Both the position numbers and the translations under genes were made by a program. From Eledone cirrhosa (taxonomy: Eukaryota): a stretch of DNA of 64,000 bases. The stretch's first letter is position 1. Each line of letters begins with the position of its first letter. The notes under the pieces were generated by a model. The model ran no database searches. It was given only the letters and a program-made list of their open reading frames with translations, and was not told where the DNA came from. The DNA lies in assembly GCA_964016885.1 (NCBI GenBank), contig OZ024744.1, positions 6,696,001 to 6,760,000 on the forward strand. The letters are read 5' to 3'. This document shows positions 39,501 to 52,789 of this stretch, in pieces.

Positions 39501-42500
39501 TATGTCTAGTGCAGTATTGCACTGAGGTAGGTGTGGTGCAGTAACGGTTATATCTACTGCAGTATTGCACTGATGTAGGTATGGTGCAGTAACGGTTATG
39601 TCTACTGCAGTATTGCACTGATGTAGGTGTTGTGCAGTAACGGTTATGTCTACTGCTGTATTGCACTGATGTAGGTGTGGTGCAGTAACGGTAATGTCTA
39701 CCGCATTATTGCACTGATGTAGGTGTGGTGCAGTAACGGTTATGTCTAGTGCAGTATTGCACTGAGGTAGGTGTGGTGCAGTAACGGTTATTTCTACTGC
39801 AGTATTGCACTCTATGTAGGTGTGGTGCAGTAACGGTTATGTCTACTGTAGTATTGCACTGAGGTAGGTGTGGTGCAGTAACGGTTATGTCTACTGCAGT
39901 ATTGCACTGATGTAGGTGTGGTGCAGTAACGGTTATGTCTACTGCAGTATTGCACTGATGTAGGTGTGGTGCAGTACGGTTAAATCTACTGCAGTATTGC
40001 ACTGATGTAGGTGTGGTGCAGTAGCGGTTATTTCTACTGCAGTATTGCACTGATGTAGGTGTGGTGCAGTAACGGTTATGTCTACTGCAGTATTGCACTG
40101 ATGTAGGTGTGGTGCAGTAACGGTTATGTCTACTGCATTATTGCACTGATGTAGGTATGGTGCAGTAACGGTTATGTCTACTGCAGTATTACACTGATGT
40201 AGGTGTGGTGCAGTAACGGTTATGTCTACTGCAGTATTGCACTGATGTAGGTGTAGTGCAGTAACAGCTATGTCTACTGCAGTATTGCACTGATGTAGGT
40301 GTGGTGCTGTAACGGTTATGTCTATTGCAGTATTGCACTGAGGTAGGTGTGGTGCAGTAACGGTTATGTCTACTGCAGTATTGCACTGATGTAGCTATGG
40401 TGCAGTAACGGTTATGTCAACTGCATTATTGCACTGATGTAGGTGTGGTGCAGTAACGGTTATGTCTAGTGCAGTATTGCACTGAGGTAGGTGTGGTGCA
40501 GTAACGGTTATTTCTACTGCAGTATTGCACTGATGTAGGTGTGGTGCAGTAACGGTTATGTCTACTGTAGTATTGCACTGAGGTAGGTGTAGTGCTGTAA
40601 CGGTTATGTCTACTGCAGTATTGCACTGATGTAGGTGTGGTGCAGTAACTGTTATGTCTACTGCAGTATTGCACTGATGTAGGTGTGGTGCAGTACGGTT
40701 AAATCTACTGCAGTATTGCACTGATGTAGGTGTGGTGCAGTAGCGGTTATTTCTACTGCAGTATTACACTGATGTAGATGTGGTGCACTAACGGTTATAT
40801 ATACTGCAGTATTGCACTGAGGTAGTTGTGGTGCAGTAACGGTTATGTTTACTGCAATGTTGCACTAGTTAGGTGTGGTGCAGTAACGATTATGTCTACT
40901 GCAGTATTGCACTGATGTAGGTGTGGTGCAGTAACAGTTATGTCTACTGCAGTATTGCACTGATGTAGGTGTGGTGCATTAACGGTTATGTCTACTGCAG
41001 TATTGCACTGATGTACGTGTGGTGCAGTGAAGGTTATGTCTATTGCAGTATTGCACTGAGGTAGGTGTGGTGCAGTAACGGTTATGTCTACTGCATTATT
41101 GCACTGATGTAGGTGTGGTGCAGTAACGGTTATTTCTACGGCAGTATTGCACTGATGTAGTTGTGGTGCAGTAACGGTTATGTCTACTGCAGTATTGCAC
41201 TGAGGTAAATGTGGTGCAGTAACGGTTATGTCTACTGCAGTATTGCACTGATGTAGGTGTGGTGCAGTAACGGTTATTCTACTGCAGTATTGCACTGATG
41301 TAGGTGTGGTGCAGTAACGGTTATTTCTACTGCAGTATTGCACTGATGTATGTGTGGTGCAGTAACGGTTATGTCTACTGCAGTATTGCACTGATGTAGG
41401 TGTGGTGCAGTAACGGTTATGTCTACTGCATTATTGCACTGATGTAGGTGTGGTGCAGTAACGGTTATGTCTCCTGCAGTATTACACTGATGTAGCTGTA
41501 GTGCAGTAACGGTTATGTCTACTGCAGTATTGCACTGATGTAGGTGTGGTGCTGTAACGGTTATGTCTATTGCAGTATTGCACTGATGTAGGTTTGGTGC
41601 AGTAACGGTTATGTCTACTGTAGTATTGCACTGAGGTAGGTGTGGTGCAGTAACGGTTATGTCTACTGCAGTATTGCACTGATGTAGGTGTGGTGCAGTA
41701 ACGGTTATGTCTACTGCAGTATTGCACTAATGTAGGTGTGGTGCAGTACGGTTAAATCTACTGCAGTATTGCACTGATGTAGGTGTGGTGCAGTAGCGGT
41801 TATTTCTACTGCAGTATTGCACTGATGTAGATTTGGTGCACTAACGGTTATATATACGGCAGTATTACACTGAGGTAGTTGTGGTGCAGTAACGGTTATG
41901 TCTACTGCAATATTGCACTAGGTAGGTGTGGTGCAGTAACGATTATGTCTACTGCAGTATTGCACTGATGTAGGTGTGGTGCAGTAACAGTTATGACTAC
42001 TGCAGTATTGCACTGATGTAGGTGTGGTGCAGTAACGGTTATGTCTACTGCAGTATTGCACTGAGGTAAATGTGGTGCAGTAACGGTTATGTCTACTGCA
42101 TTATTGCATTGATGTAGGTGAGGTGCAGTAACGGTTATGTCTACTGCAGTATTGCACTTAGGTAGGTGTGGTGCAGTAACAGTTATGTCTACTGCAGTAT
42201 TGCACTTAGGTAGGTGTGGTGCAGTAACGGTTATGTCTACTGCAGTATTGCACTGATGTAGGTGTGGTGCAGTAACGGATATTTCTACTGCAGTATTGCA
42301 CTTAGGTAGGTGTGGTACAGTAACGGTTATGTCTACTGCAGTATTGCACTGATGTAGGTGTGGTGCAGTAACGGTTATGTCTACTGCAGTATTGCACTGA
42401 TGTAGGTGTGGTGCAGTAACGGTTATGTCTACTGCAGTATTGCACTTAGGTAGGTGTGGTGCAGTAACGGTTATGTCTACTGCAATATTGCACTGAGGTA

Positions 42501-43900
42501 CGTGTGGTGCAGTAACGGTTATGTCTACTGCAGTATTGCACTGATGTAGGTGTGGTGCAGTAACGGTTATGATACTGCAGTATTGCACTGATGTAGGTGT
42601 GGTGCAGTACCGGTTATGTCTACTGCAGTATTGCACTGAGGTAGGTGTGGTGCAGTAACGATTATGTCGACTGCAGTATTGCACTTAGGTAGGTGTGGTG
42701 CAGTAACAGTTATTTCTACTGCAGTATTCCACTGAGGTAGGTGTGGTGCAGTAACGGTTATGTCTACTGAAGTATTGCACTGATGTAGGTGTGGTGCAGT
42801 AACGGTTATGTCTATTGCAGTATTGCACTGAGGTAGGTGTGGTGCAGTAACGGTTATGTCTACTGCAATATTGCACTGATGTAGGTGTGGTGCAGTAACG
42901 GTTATGTCTACTGCAGTATTGCACTGATGTAGGTGTGGTGCAGTAACGGTTATGTCTACTGCAGTATTGCACTGATGTAGGTGTGGTGCAGTAACAGTTA
43001 TGTCTACTGCAGTATTGCACTGAGGTAGGTGTGGTGCAGTATCGGTTATGTCTACTGCAGTATTGCACTGATGTAGGTGTGGTGCAGTACCAGTTATGTC
43101 TACTGAAGTATTGCACTGAGGTAGGTGTGGTGCAGTAACGATTATGTCGACTGCAGTATTGCACTGATGTAGGTGTGGTGCAGTAACGGTTATGTATACT
43201 GCAGTATTGAACTGATGTAGGTGTGGTGCAATAACGGTTATGTCTACTGCAGTATTGCACTGTTGTAGGTATGGTGCAGTAACGGTTATGTCTACTGTAG
43301 TATTGCACTGATGTAGGTGTGATGCAGTAACGGATATGTCTACTGCAGTATTGCACTGAGACAGGTGTGGTGCAGTAACGGTTATGTCTACTGCAGTATT
43401 TCACTGAAGTAGGTGTGGTGCAGTAACGGTTAAGTCTACTGCAGTATTGCACTGAAGTAAGTGTGGTGCAGTAACAGTTATGTCTACTGCAGTATTGCAC
43501 TGATGTAGGTGTGGTGCTGTAAAGATTATGTCTACTGCAGTATTCCACTGAGGTAGGTGTGGTGGAGTAACGGTTATGTCTACTGAAGTATTGCACTGAT
43601 GTAGGTGTGGTGCAGTAACGGTTATGTCTATTGCAGTAATGCACTGAGGTAGGTGTGGTGCAGTAACGGTTATGTCTACTGCAATATTGCACTGATGTAG
43701 GTGTGGTGCAGTAACGGTTATGTCTACTGCAGTATTGCACTGATGTAGGTGTGGTGCAGTAACGGTTATGTCTACTGCAGTATTGCACTGATGTAGGTGT
43801 GGTGCAGTAACAGTTATGTCTACTGAAGTATTGCACTGATGTAGATGTGGTGCACTAACTGTTATATATACTGCAGTATTGCACTGAGGTAGTTGTGGTG
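25340..43900. repeat. Dispersed ~4-kb duplication (about 25340-29330 and 39910-43900)
   Basis: ORF twins at a constant +14573: 25616/40189, 26276/40849, 27329/41902 and 28112/42685. Shared rare markers include gtctcctg, gtagctgtag and gcactaatg. Confidence 0.87.
31070..39500. repeat. ~8.3-kb copy of the block at about 7960-16280 (offset about 23.1 kb)
   Basis: ORF twins at +23108 (8498/31606, 10800/33908, 12802/35910), then +23203 (14986/38189). Shared markers: 'ctgacgtagg' (about 8025 and 31133) and 'gcacaagatg' (about 13059 and 36167). Confidence 0.85.
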
Positions 43901-46900
43901 CAGTGACGGTTATGTCTATTGCAGTATTGCACTGAGGTAGGTGTGGTGCAGTAACGGTTATTTCTGCTGCAGTATTGCACTGATGTAGGCGTGGTGCAGT
44001 AACGGTTAAGTCTACTGCAGTATTGCACTTACGTAGGTGTGGTGCAGTAACAGTTATGTCTACTGCGGTATTGCACTTAGGTAGGTGTGGTGCAGTAACG
44101 GTTATGTCTACTGCAGTATTGCACTGATGTAGGTGTGGTGCAGTAACGGATATTTCTACTGCAGTATTGCACTGATGTAGGTGTGGTGCAGTAACGGTTA
44201 TGTCTACTGCAGTATTGCAATGATGTAGGTGTGGTGGAGTACGGTTAAATCTACTGCAGTATTGCACTGATGTAGGTGTGGTGCAGTAGCGGTTATTTCT
44301 ACTGCAGTGTTGCACTGATGTAGATGTGGTGCACTAACGGTTACATATACTGCAGTATTGCACTGAGGTATTTGTAGTGCAGTAACGGTTATGTCTACTG
44401 CAATATTGCATTAGGTAGGTGTGGTGCAGTAACGATTATGTCTACTGCAGTATTGCACTGATGTAGGTGTGGTGCAGTAACGGTTATGTCTACTGCAGTA
44501 TTGCACTGATGTACGTGTGGTGCAGTGACGGTTATGTCTATTGCAGTATTGCACTGAGGTAGGTGTGGTGCAGTAACGGTTATTTCTGCTGCAGTATTGC
44601 ACTGATGTAGTTGTGGTGCAGTAACGGTTATGTCTACTGCAGTATTGCACTGAGGTAAATGTGGTGCAGTAACGGTTATGTCTACTGCATTATTGTACTG
44701 ATGTAGTTGTGGTGCAGTAACGTTTATGTCTACTGCAGTATTGCACTTAGGTAGGTGTGGTGCAGTAACAGTTATGTCTAATGCAGTATTGCACTTAGGT
44801 AGGTGTGGGGTGCAGTAACGGGTATGTCTACTGCAGTATTGCACTGATGTAGGTGTGGTGCAGTAACGGATATTTCTACTGCAGTATTGCACTTAGGTAG
44901 GTGTGGTGCAGTAACAGTTATGTCTACTGCAGTATTGCACTGATGTAGGTGTGGTGCAGTAACGGTTATGTCTACTGCAGTATTGCACTGATGTAGGTGT
45001 GGTGCAGTAACAGTTATTTCTACTGCAGTATTCCACTGAGGTAGGTGTGGTGCAGTAACGGTTATGTCTACTGATGTATTGCACTGATGTAGGTGTGGTG
45101 TAGTAACGGTTATGTCTACTGCAGTATTGCACTGATGTAGGTGTAGTGCAGTAACAGTTATGTCTACTGCAGTATTGCACTGAGGTAGGTGTGGTGCACT
45201 ATCGGTTATGTCTTCTGCAGTATTGCACTGATGTAGGTGTGGTGCAGTACCAGTTATATCTACTGAAGTATTGCACTGATGTAGGTGTGGTGCAGTAACG
45301 GTTATTTCTACGGCAGTATTGCACTGATGTAGGTGTGGTGCCGTAACGGTTATGTCTACTGCAGTATTGCACTGAGGTAGGTGTGGTGCAGTAACGATTA
45401 TGTCGACTGCAGTACTGCACTGATGTAGGTGTGTTGCAGTAACGGTTATGTCTACTGCAGTATTGCACTGATGTAGGTGTGGTGCAGTAACGGTTATGTC
45501 ACTGCAGTATTGCACTGATGTAGGTGTGGTGCAGTAACATTTATGTCTACTGCAGTATTGCACTGATGTAGGTGTGGTGCAGTAGAGGTTATGTATACTG
45601 CAGTATTGCACTGATGTAGGTATGGTGCAGTAACGGTTATGTGTACTGTAGTATTGCACTGATGTAGGTGTGACGCAGTAACGGATATGTCTACTGCAGT
45701 ATTGCACTGAGATAGGTGTGGTGCAGTAACGGTTATGTCTACTGCAGTATTTCACTGAAGTAGGTGTGGTGCAGTAACGGTTAAGTCTACTGCAGTATTG
45801 CACTGAAGTAAGTGTGGTGCAGTAACGGTTATGTCTACTGCAGTATTGCACTGATATAGGTGTGGTGCAGCAACAGTTATGTCTACTGCAGTATTGTACT
45901 GATGTAGGTGTGGTGCTGTAAAGGTTATGTCTATTGCAGTATTGCACTGATGTAGGTGTGGTGCAGTAACGGTTATGTCTACTGCATCATTGCACTGATG
46001 TAGATGTGGTGCAGTAACGGTTATGTTTACTGCAGTATTGCACTGAGATAGGTGTGGTACAGTAACGGTTATTTATACTGCAGTATTGCACTGATGTAGA
46101 TGTGGTGCAGTAACGGTTATGTCTACTGTAGTATTGCACATAGGTAGGTGTGGTGCAGTAACGGTTATGTCTACGGCAGTATTGCACTGATGTAGGTGTG
46201 GTGCAGTAACGGTTATGTCTACTGCAGTATTGCACTGAGGTAGGTGTGGTGCAGTAACGGTTATGTCTACTGCAATATTGCACTGATGTAGGTGTGGTGC
46301 AGTAACGGTTATGTCTACTGCAGTATTGCACTGATGTAGGTGTGGTGCAGTAACGGTTATGTCTACTGCAGTATTGCACTGATGTAGGTGTGGTGCAGTA
46401 ACAGTTATGCCTACTGCAGTATTGCACTGAGGTAGGTGTGGTGCAGTATCGGTTATGTCTACTGCAGTATTGCACTGATGTAGGTGTGGTGCAGTACCGG
46501 TTATGTCTACTGAAGTATTGCACTGATGTAGGTGTGGTGCAGTAACGGTTTTTTCTACTGCAGTATTGCACTGATGTAGGTGTGGTGCCGTAACGGTTAT
46601 GTTTACTGCAGTATTGCACTGATGTAGGTGTGGTGCAGTAACAGTTATGTCTACTGCAGTATTGCACTGATGTAGGTGTGGTGCAGTAATGGTATGTCTA
46701 CTGCAGTATTGCACTGATATAGGTGTGGTGCAGTAACGGTTATGTCTACTGCGGTATTGCACTGATGTAGGTGTGGTGCAGTAACGGTTATGTCTACTGC
46801 AGTATGGCACTGATGTAGGTGTGGTGCAGTACGGTTAAATCTAACGCAGTATTGCACTGATGTAGGTGTGGTGCAGTAGCGGTTATTTCTACTGCAGTAT

Positions 46901-49900
46901 TGCACTGATGTAGATGTGGTGCACTAACGGTTATATATACTGCAGTATTGCACTGATGTAGGTGTGGTGCAGTAACAGTTATGACTACTGCAGTATTGCA
47001 CTGATGTAGGTGTGGTGCAGTAACGGTTATGTCTACTGCAGTATTGCACTGAGGTAAATGTGGTGCAGTAACGGTTATGTCTACTGCATTATTGCACTGA
47101 TGTAGGTGAGGTGCAGTAACGGTTATGTCTACTGCAGTATTGCACTTAGGTAGGTGTGGTGCAGTAACAGTTATGTCTACTGCAGTATTGCACTTAGGTA
47201 GGTGTGGTGCAGTAACGGTTATGTCTACTGCAGTATTGCACTGATGTAGGTGTGGTGCAGTAACGGATATTTCTACTGCAGTATTGCACTTAGGTAGGTG
47301 TGGTACAGTAACGGTTATGTCTACTGCAGTATTGCACTGATGTAGGTGTGGTGCAGTAACGGTTATGTCTACTGCAGTATTGCACTGATGTAGGTGTGGT
47401 GCAGTAACGGTTATGTCTACTGCAGTATTGCACTTAGGTAGGTGTGGTGCAGTAACGGTTATGTCTACTGCAATATTGCACTGAGGTACGTGTGGTGCAG
47501 TAACGGTTATGTCTACTGCAGTATTGCACTGATGTAGGTGTGGTGCAGTAACGGTTATGATACTGCAGTATTGCACTGATGTAGGTGTGGTGCAGTACCG
47601 GTTATGTCTACTGCAGTATTGCACTGAGGTAGGTGTGGTGCAGTAACGATTATGTCGACTGCAGTATTGCACTTAGGTAGGTGTGGTGCAGTAACAGTTA
47701 TTTCTACTGCAGTATTCCACTGAGGTAGGTGTGGTGCAGTAACGGTTATGTCTACTGAAGTATTGCACTGATGTAGGTGTGGTGCAGTAACGGTTATGTC
47801 TATTGCAGTATTGCACTGAGGTAGGTGTGGTGCAGTAACGGTTATGTCTACTGCAATATTGCACTGATGTAGGTGTGGTGCAGTAACGGTTATGTCTACT
47901 GCAGTATTGCACTGATGTAGGTGTGGTGCAGTAACGGTTATGTCTACTGCAGTATTGCACTGATGTAGGTGTGGTGCAGTAACAGTTATGTCTACTGCAG
48001 TATTGCACTGAGGTAGGTGTGGTGCAGTATCGGTTATGTCTACTGCAGTATTGCACTGATGTAGGTGTGGTGCAGTACCAGTTATGTCTACTGAAGTATT
48101 GCACTGAGGTAGGTGTGGTGCAGTAACGATTATGTCGACTGCAGTATTGCACTGATGTAGGTGTGGTGCAGTAACGGTTATGTATACTGCAGTATTGAAC
48201 TGATGTAGGTGTGGTGCAATAACGGTTATGTCTACTGCAGTATTGCACTGTTGTAGGTATGGTGCAGTAACGGTTATGTCTACTGTAGTATTGCACTGAT
48301 GTAGGTGTGATGCAGTAACGGATATGTCTACTGCAGTATTGCACTGAGACAGGTGTGGTGCAGTAACGGTTATGTCTACTGCAGTATTTCACTGAAGTAG
48401 GTGTGGTGCAGTAACGGTTAAGTCTACTGCAGTATTGCACTGAAGTAAGTGTGGTGCAGTAACAGTTATGTCTACTGCAGTATTGCACTGATGTAGGTGT
48501 GGTGCTGTAAAGATTATGTCTACTGCAGTATTCCACTGAGGTAGGTGTGGTGCAGTAACGGTTATGTCTACTGAAGTATTGCACTGATGTAGGCGTGGTG
48601 CAGTAACGGTTAAGTCTACTGCAGTATTGCACTTACGTACGTGTGGTGCAGTAACAGTTATGTCTACTGCAGTATTGCACTTAGGTAGGTGTGGTGCAGT
48701 AACGGTTATGTCTACTGCAGTATTGCACTGATGTAGGTGTGGTGCAGTAACGGATATTTCTACTGCAGTATTGCACTGATGTAGGTGTGGTGGAGTACGG
48801 TTAAATCTACTGCAGTATTGCACTGATGTAGGTGTGGTGCAGTAGCGGTTATTTCTACTGCAGTGTTGCACTGAGGTAGATGTGGTTCACTAACGGTTAT
48901 ATATACTGCAGTATTGCACTGAGGTAGTTGTAGTGCAGTAACGGTTATGTCTACTGCAATATTGCATTAGGTAGGTGTGGTGCAGTAACGATTATGTCTA
49001 CTGCAGTATTGCACTGATGTAGGTGTGGTGCAGTAACGGTTATGTCTACTGCAGTATTGCACTGATGTACGTGTGGTGCAGTGACGGTTATGTCTATTGC
49101 AGTATTGCACTGAGGTAGGTGTGGTGCAGTAACGGTTATTTCTGCTGCAGTATTGCACTGATGTAGTTGTGGTGCAGTAACGGTTATGTCTACTGCAGTA
49201 TTGCACTGAGGTAAATGTGGTGCAGTAACGGTTATGTCTACTGCATTATTGTACTGATGTAGTTGTGGTGCAGTAACGTTTATGTCTACTGCAGTATTGC
49301 ACTTAGGTAGGTGTGGTGCAGTAACAGTTATGTCTAATGCAGTATTGCACTTAGGTAGGTGTGGGGTGCAGTAACGGGTATGTCTACTGCAGTATTGCAC
49401 TGATGTAGGTGTGGTGCAGTAACGGATATTTCTACTGCAGTATTGCACTTAGGTAGGTGTGGTGCAGTAACAGTTATGTCTACTGCAGTATTGCACTGAT
49501 GTAGGTGTGGTGCAGTAACGGTTATGTCTACTGCAGTATTGCACTGATGTAGGTGTGGTGCAGTAACAGTTATTTCTACTGCAGTATTCCACTGAGGTAG
49601 GTGTGGTGCAGTAACGGTTATGTCTACTGAAGTATTGCACTGATGTAGGTGTGGTGCAGTAACGGTTATGTCTACTGCAGTATTGCACTGATGTAGGTGT
49701 AGTGCAGTAACAGTTATGTCTACTGCAGTATTGCACTGAGGTAGGTGTGGTGCACTATCGGTTATGTCTACTGCAGTATTGCACTGATGTAGGTGTGGTG
49801 CAGTACCAGTTATATCTACTGAAGTATTGCACTGATGTAGGTGTGGTGCAGTAACGGTTATTTCTACGGCAGTATTGCACTGATGTAGGTGTGGTGCCGT

Positions 49901-51460
49901 AACGGTTATGTCTACTGCAGTATTGCACTGAGGTAGGTGTGGTGCAGTAACGATTATGTCGACTGCAGTACTGCACTGATGTAGGTGTGTTGCAGTAACG
50001 GTTATGTCTACTGCAGTATTGCACTGATGTAGGTGTGGTGCAGTAACGGTTATGTCTACTGCAGTATTGCACTGATGTAGGTGTGGTGCAGTAACATTTA
50101 TGTCTACTGCAGTATTGCACTGATGTAGGTGTGGTGCAGTAGAGGTTATGTATACTGCAGTATTGCACTGATGTAGGTATGGTGCAGTAACGGTTATGTC
50201 TACTGTAGTATTGCACTGATGTAGGTGTGACGCAGTAACGGATATGTCTACTGCAGTATTGCACTGAGATAGGTGTGGTGCAGTAACGGTTATGTCTACT
50301 GCAGTATTTCACTGAAGTAGGTGTGGTGCAGTAACGGTTAAGTCTACTGCAGTATTGCACTGAAGTAAGTGTGGTGCAGTAACGGTTATGTCTACTGCAG
50401 TATTGCACTGATATAGGTGTGGTGCAGCAACAGTTATGTCTACTGCAGTATTGCACTGATGTAGGTGTGGTGCTGTAAAGGTTATGTCTATTGCAGTATT
50501 GCACTGATGTAGGTGTGGTGCAGTAACGGTTATGTCTACTGCATCATTGCACTGATGTAGATGTGGTGCAGTAACGGTTATGTTTACTGCAGTATTGCAC
50601 TGAGATAGGTGTGGTACAGTAACGGTTATTTATACTGCAGTATTGCACTGATGTAGATGTGGTGCAGTAACGGTTATGTCTACTGTAGTATTGCACTGAT
50701 GTAGGTGTGGTGCAGTAACGGTTATGTCTACTGCAGTATTGCACTGAGGTAGGTGTGGTGCAGTAACGGTTATGTCTACTGCAATATTGCACTGATGTAG
50801 GTGTGGTGCAGTAACGGTTATGTCTACTGCAGTATTGCACTGATGTAGGTGTGGTGCAGTAACGGTTATGTCTACTGCAGTATTGCACTGATGTAGGTGT
50901 GGTGCAGTAACAGTTATGCCTACTGCAGTATTGCACTGAGGTAGGTGTGGTGCAGTATCGGTTATGTCTACTGCAGTATTGCACTGATGTAGGTGTGGTG
51001 CAGTACCGGTTATGTCTACTGAAGTATTGCACTGATGTAGGTGTGGTGCAGTAACGGTTTTTTCTACTGCAGTATTGCACTGATGTAGGTGTGGTGCCGT
51101 AACGGTTATGTTTACTGCAGTATTGCACTGATGTAGGTGTGGTGCAGTAACAGTTATGTCTACTGCAGTATTGCACTGATGTAGGTGTGGTGCAGTAATG
51201 GTATGTCTACTGCAGTATTGCACTGATATAGGTGTGGTGCAGTAACGGTTATGTCTACTGCGGTATTGCACTGATGTAGGTGTGGTGCAGTAACGGTTAT
51301 GTCTACTGCAGTATGGCACTGATGTAGGTGTGGTGCAGTACGGTTAAATCTAACGCAGTATTGCACTGATGTAGGTGTGGTGCAGTAGCGGTTATTTCTA
51401 CTGCAGTATTGCACTGATGTAGATGTTGTGCACTAACGGTTATATATACTGCATTATTGC
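41950..51460. repeat. Tandem ~4.5-5-kb duplication with whole-monomer deletions (about 41950-46950 and 46950-51460)
   Basis: ORF twins 42685/47673 (+4988), 44395/48951 (+4556), 45987/50544 (+4557) and 46651/51160 (+4509). Both copies share the 49-bp 'gtgtggggtg' monomer (about 44808 and 49364). Confidence 0.83.
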
Positions 51461-52789
51461 ACTGAGGTAGTTGTGATGCAGTAACGGTTATGTCTACTGC
51501 AATATTGCACTAGGTAGGTGTGGGGCAGTAACGATTATGTCTACTGCAGTATTGCACTGATGTAGGTGTGGTGCAGTAACAGTTATGTCTACTGCAGTAT
51601 TGCACTGAGGTAGGTGTGGTGCAGTATCGGTTATGTCTACTGCAGTATTGCACTGATGTAGGTGTGGTGCTGTACCAGTTATGTCTACTGAAGTATTGCA
51701 CTGATGTAGGTGTGGTGCAGTAACGGTTATTTCTACTGCAATATTGCACTGATGTAGGTGTGGTGGCGTAACGGTTATGTCTACTGCAGTATTGCACTGA
51801 GGTAGGTGTGGTGCAGTAACGATTATGTCGACTGCAGTATTGCAATGATGTAGGTGTGGTGCAGTAACGGTTATGTCTACTGCAGTATTGAACTGATGTA
51901 GGTGTGGTGCAGTAACGATTATGTCCACTGCAGTATTGCACTGATGTAGGTGTGGTGCAGAAGAGGTTATGTCTACTGCAGTATTGCACTGATGTAGGTA
52001 TGGTGCAGTAACGGTTATGTCTACTGTAGTATTGCCCTGATGTAGGTGTGATGCAGTAACGGATATGTCTACTGCAGTATTGCACTGAGATAGGTGTGGT
52101 GCAGTAACGGTTATGTCTACTGCAGTATTTCACTGATGTAGGTGTGGTGCAGTAACGGTTATGTCTACTGCAGTATTGCACTGAAGTAAGTGTGGTGCAG
52201 TAACGGTTATGTCTACTGCAGTATTGCACTGATGTAGGTGTGGTGCAGTAACAGTTATGTCTACTGCAGTATTGCACTGATGTAGGTGTGGTGCTGTAAA
52301 GGTTATGTTTATTGCAGTATTGCACTGATGTAGGTGTGGTGCAGTAACGGTTATGTCTACTGCATTATTGCACTGATGTAGATGTGGTGCAGTAACGGTT
52401 ATGTCTACTGCAGTATTGCACTGAGATAGGTGTGGTACAGTAACGGTTATTTCTACTGCAGTATTGCACTGATGTAGATGTGGTGCATTAACGGTTATGT
52501 CTACTGCAGTATTGCACTGATGTAGGTGTGGTGCAGTACCAGTTATGTCTACTGAAGTATTGCACTGATGTAGGTGTGGTGCAGTAACGGTTATTTCTAC
52601 TGCAGTATTGCACTGATGTAGGTGTGGTGCCGTAACAGTTATGTCTACTGCAGTATTGCACTGAGGTAGGTGTGGTGCAGTAAGGATTATGTCGACTGCA
52701 GTATTGCACTGATGTTGGTGTGGTGCAGTAACGATTATGTCTACTGCAGTATTGCACTGATGTAGGTGTGGTGCAGTAACGGTTATGTC

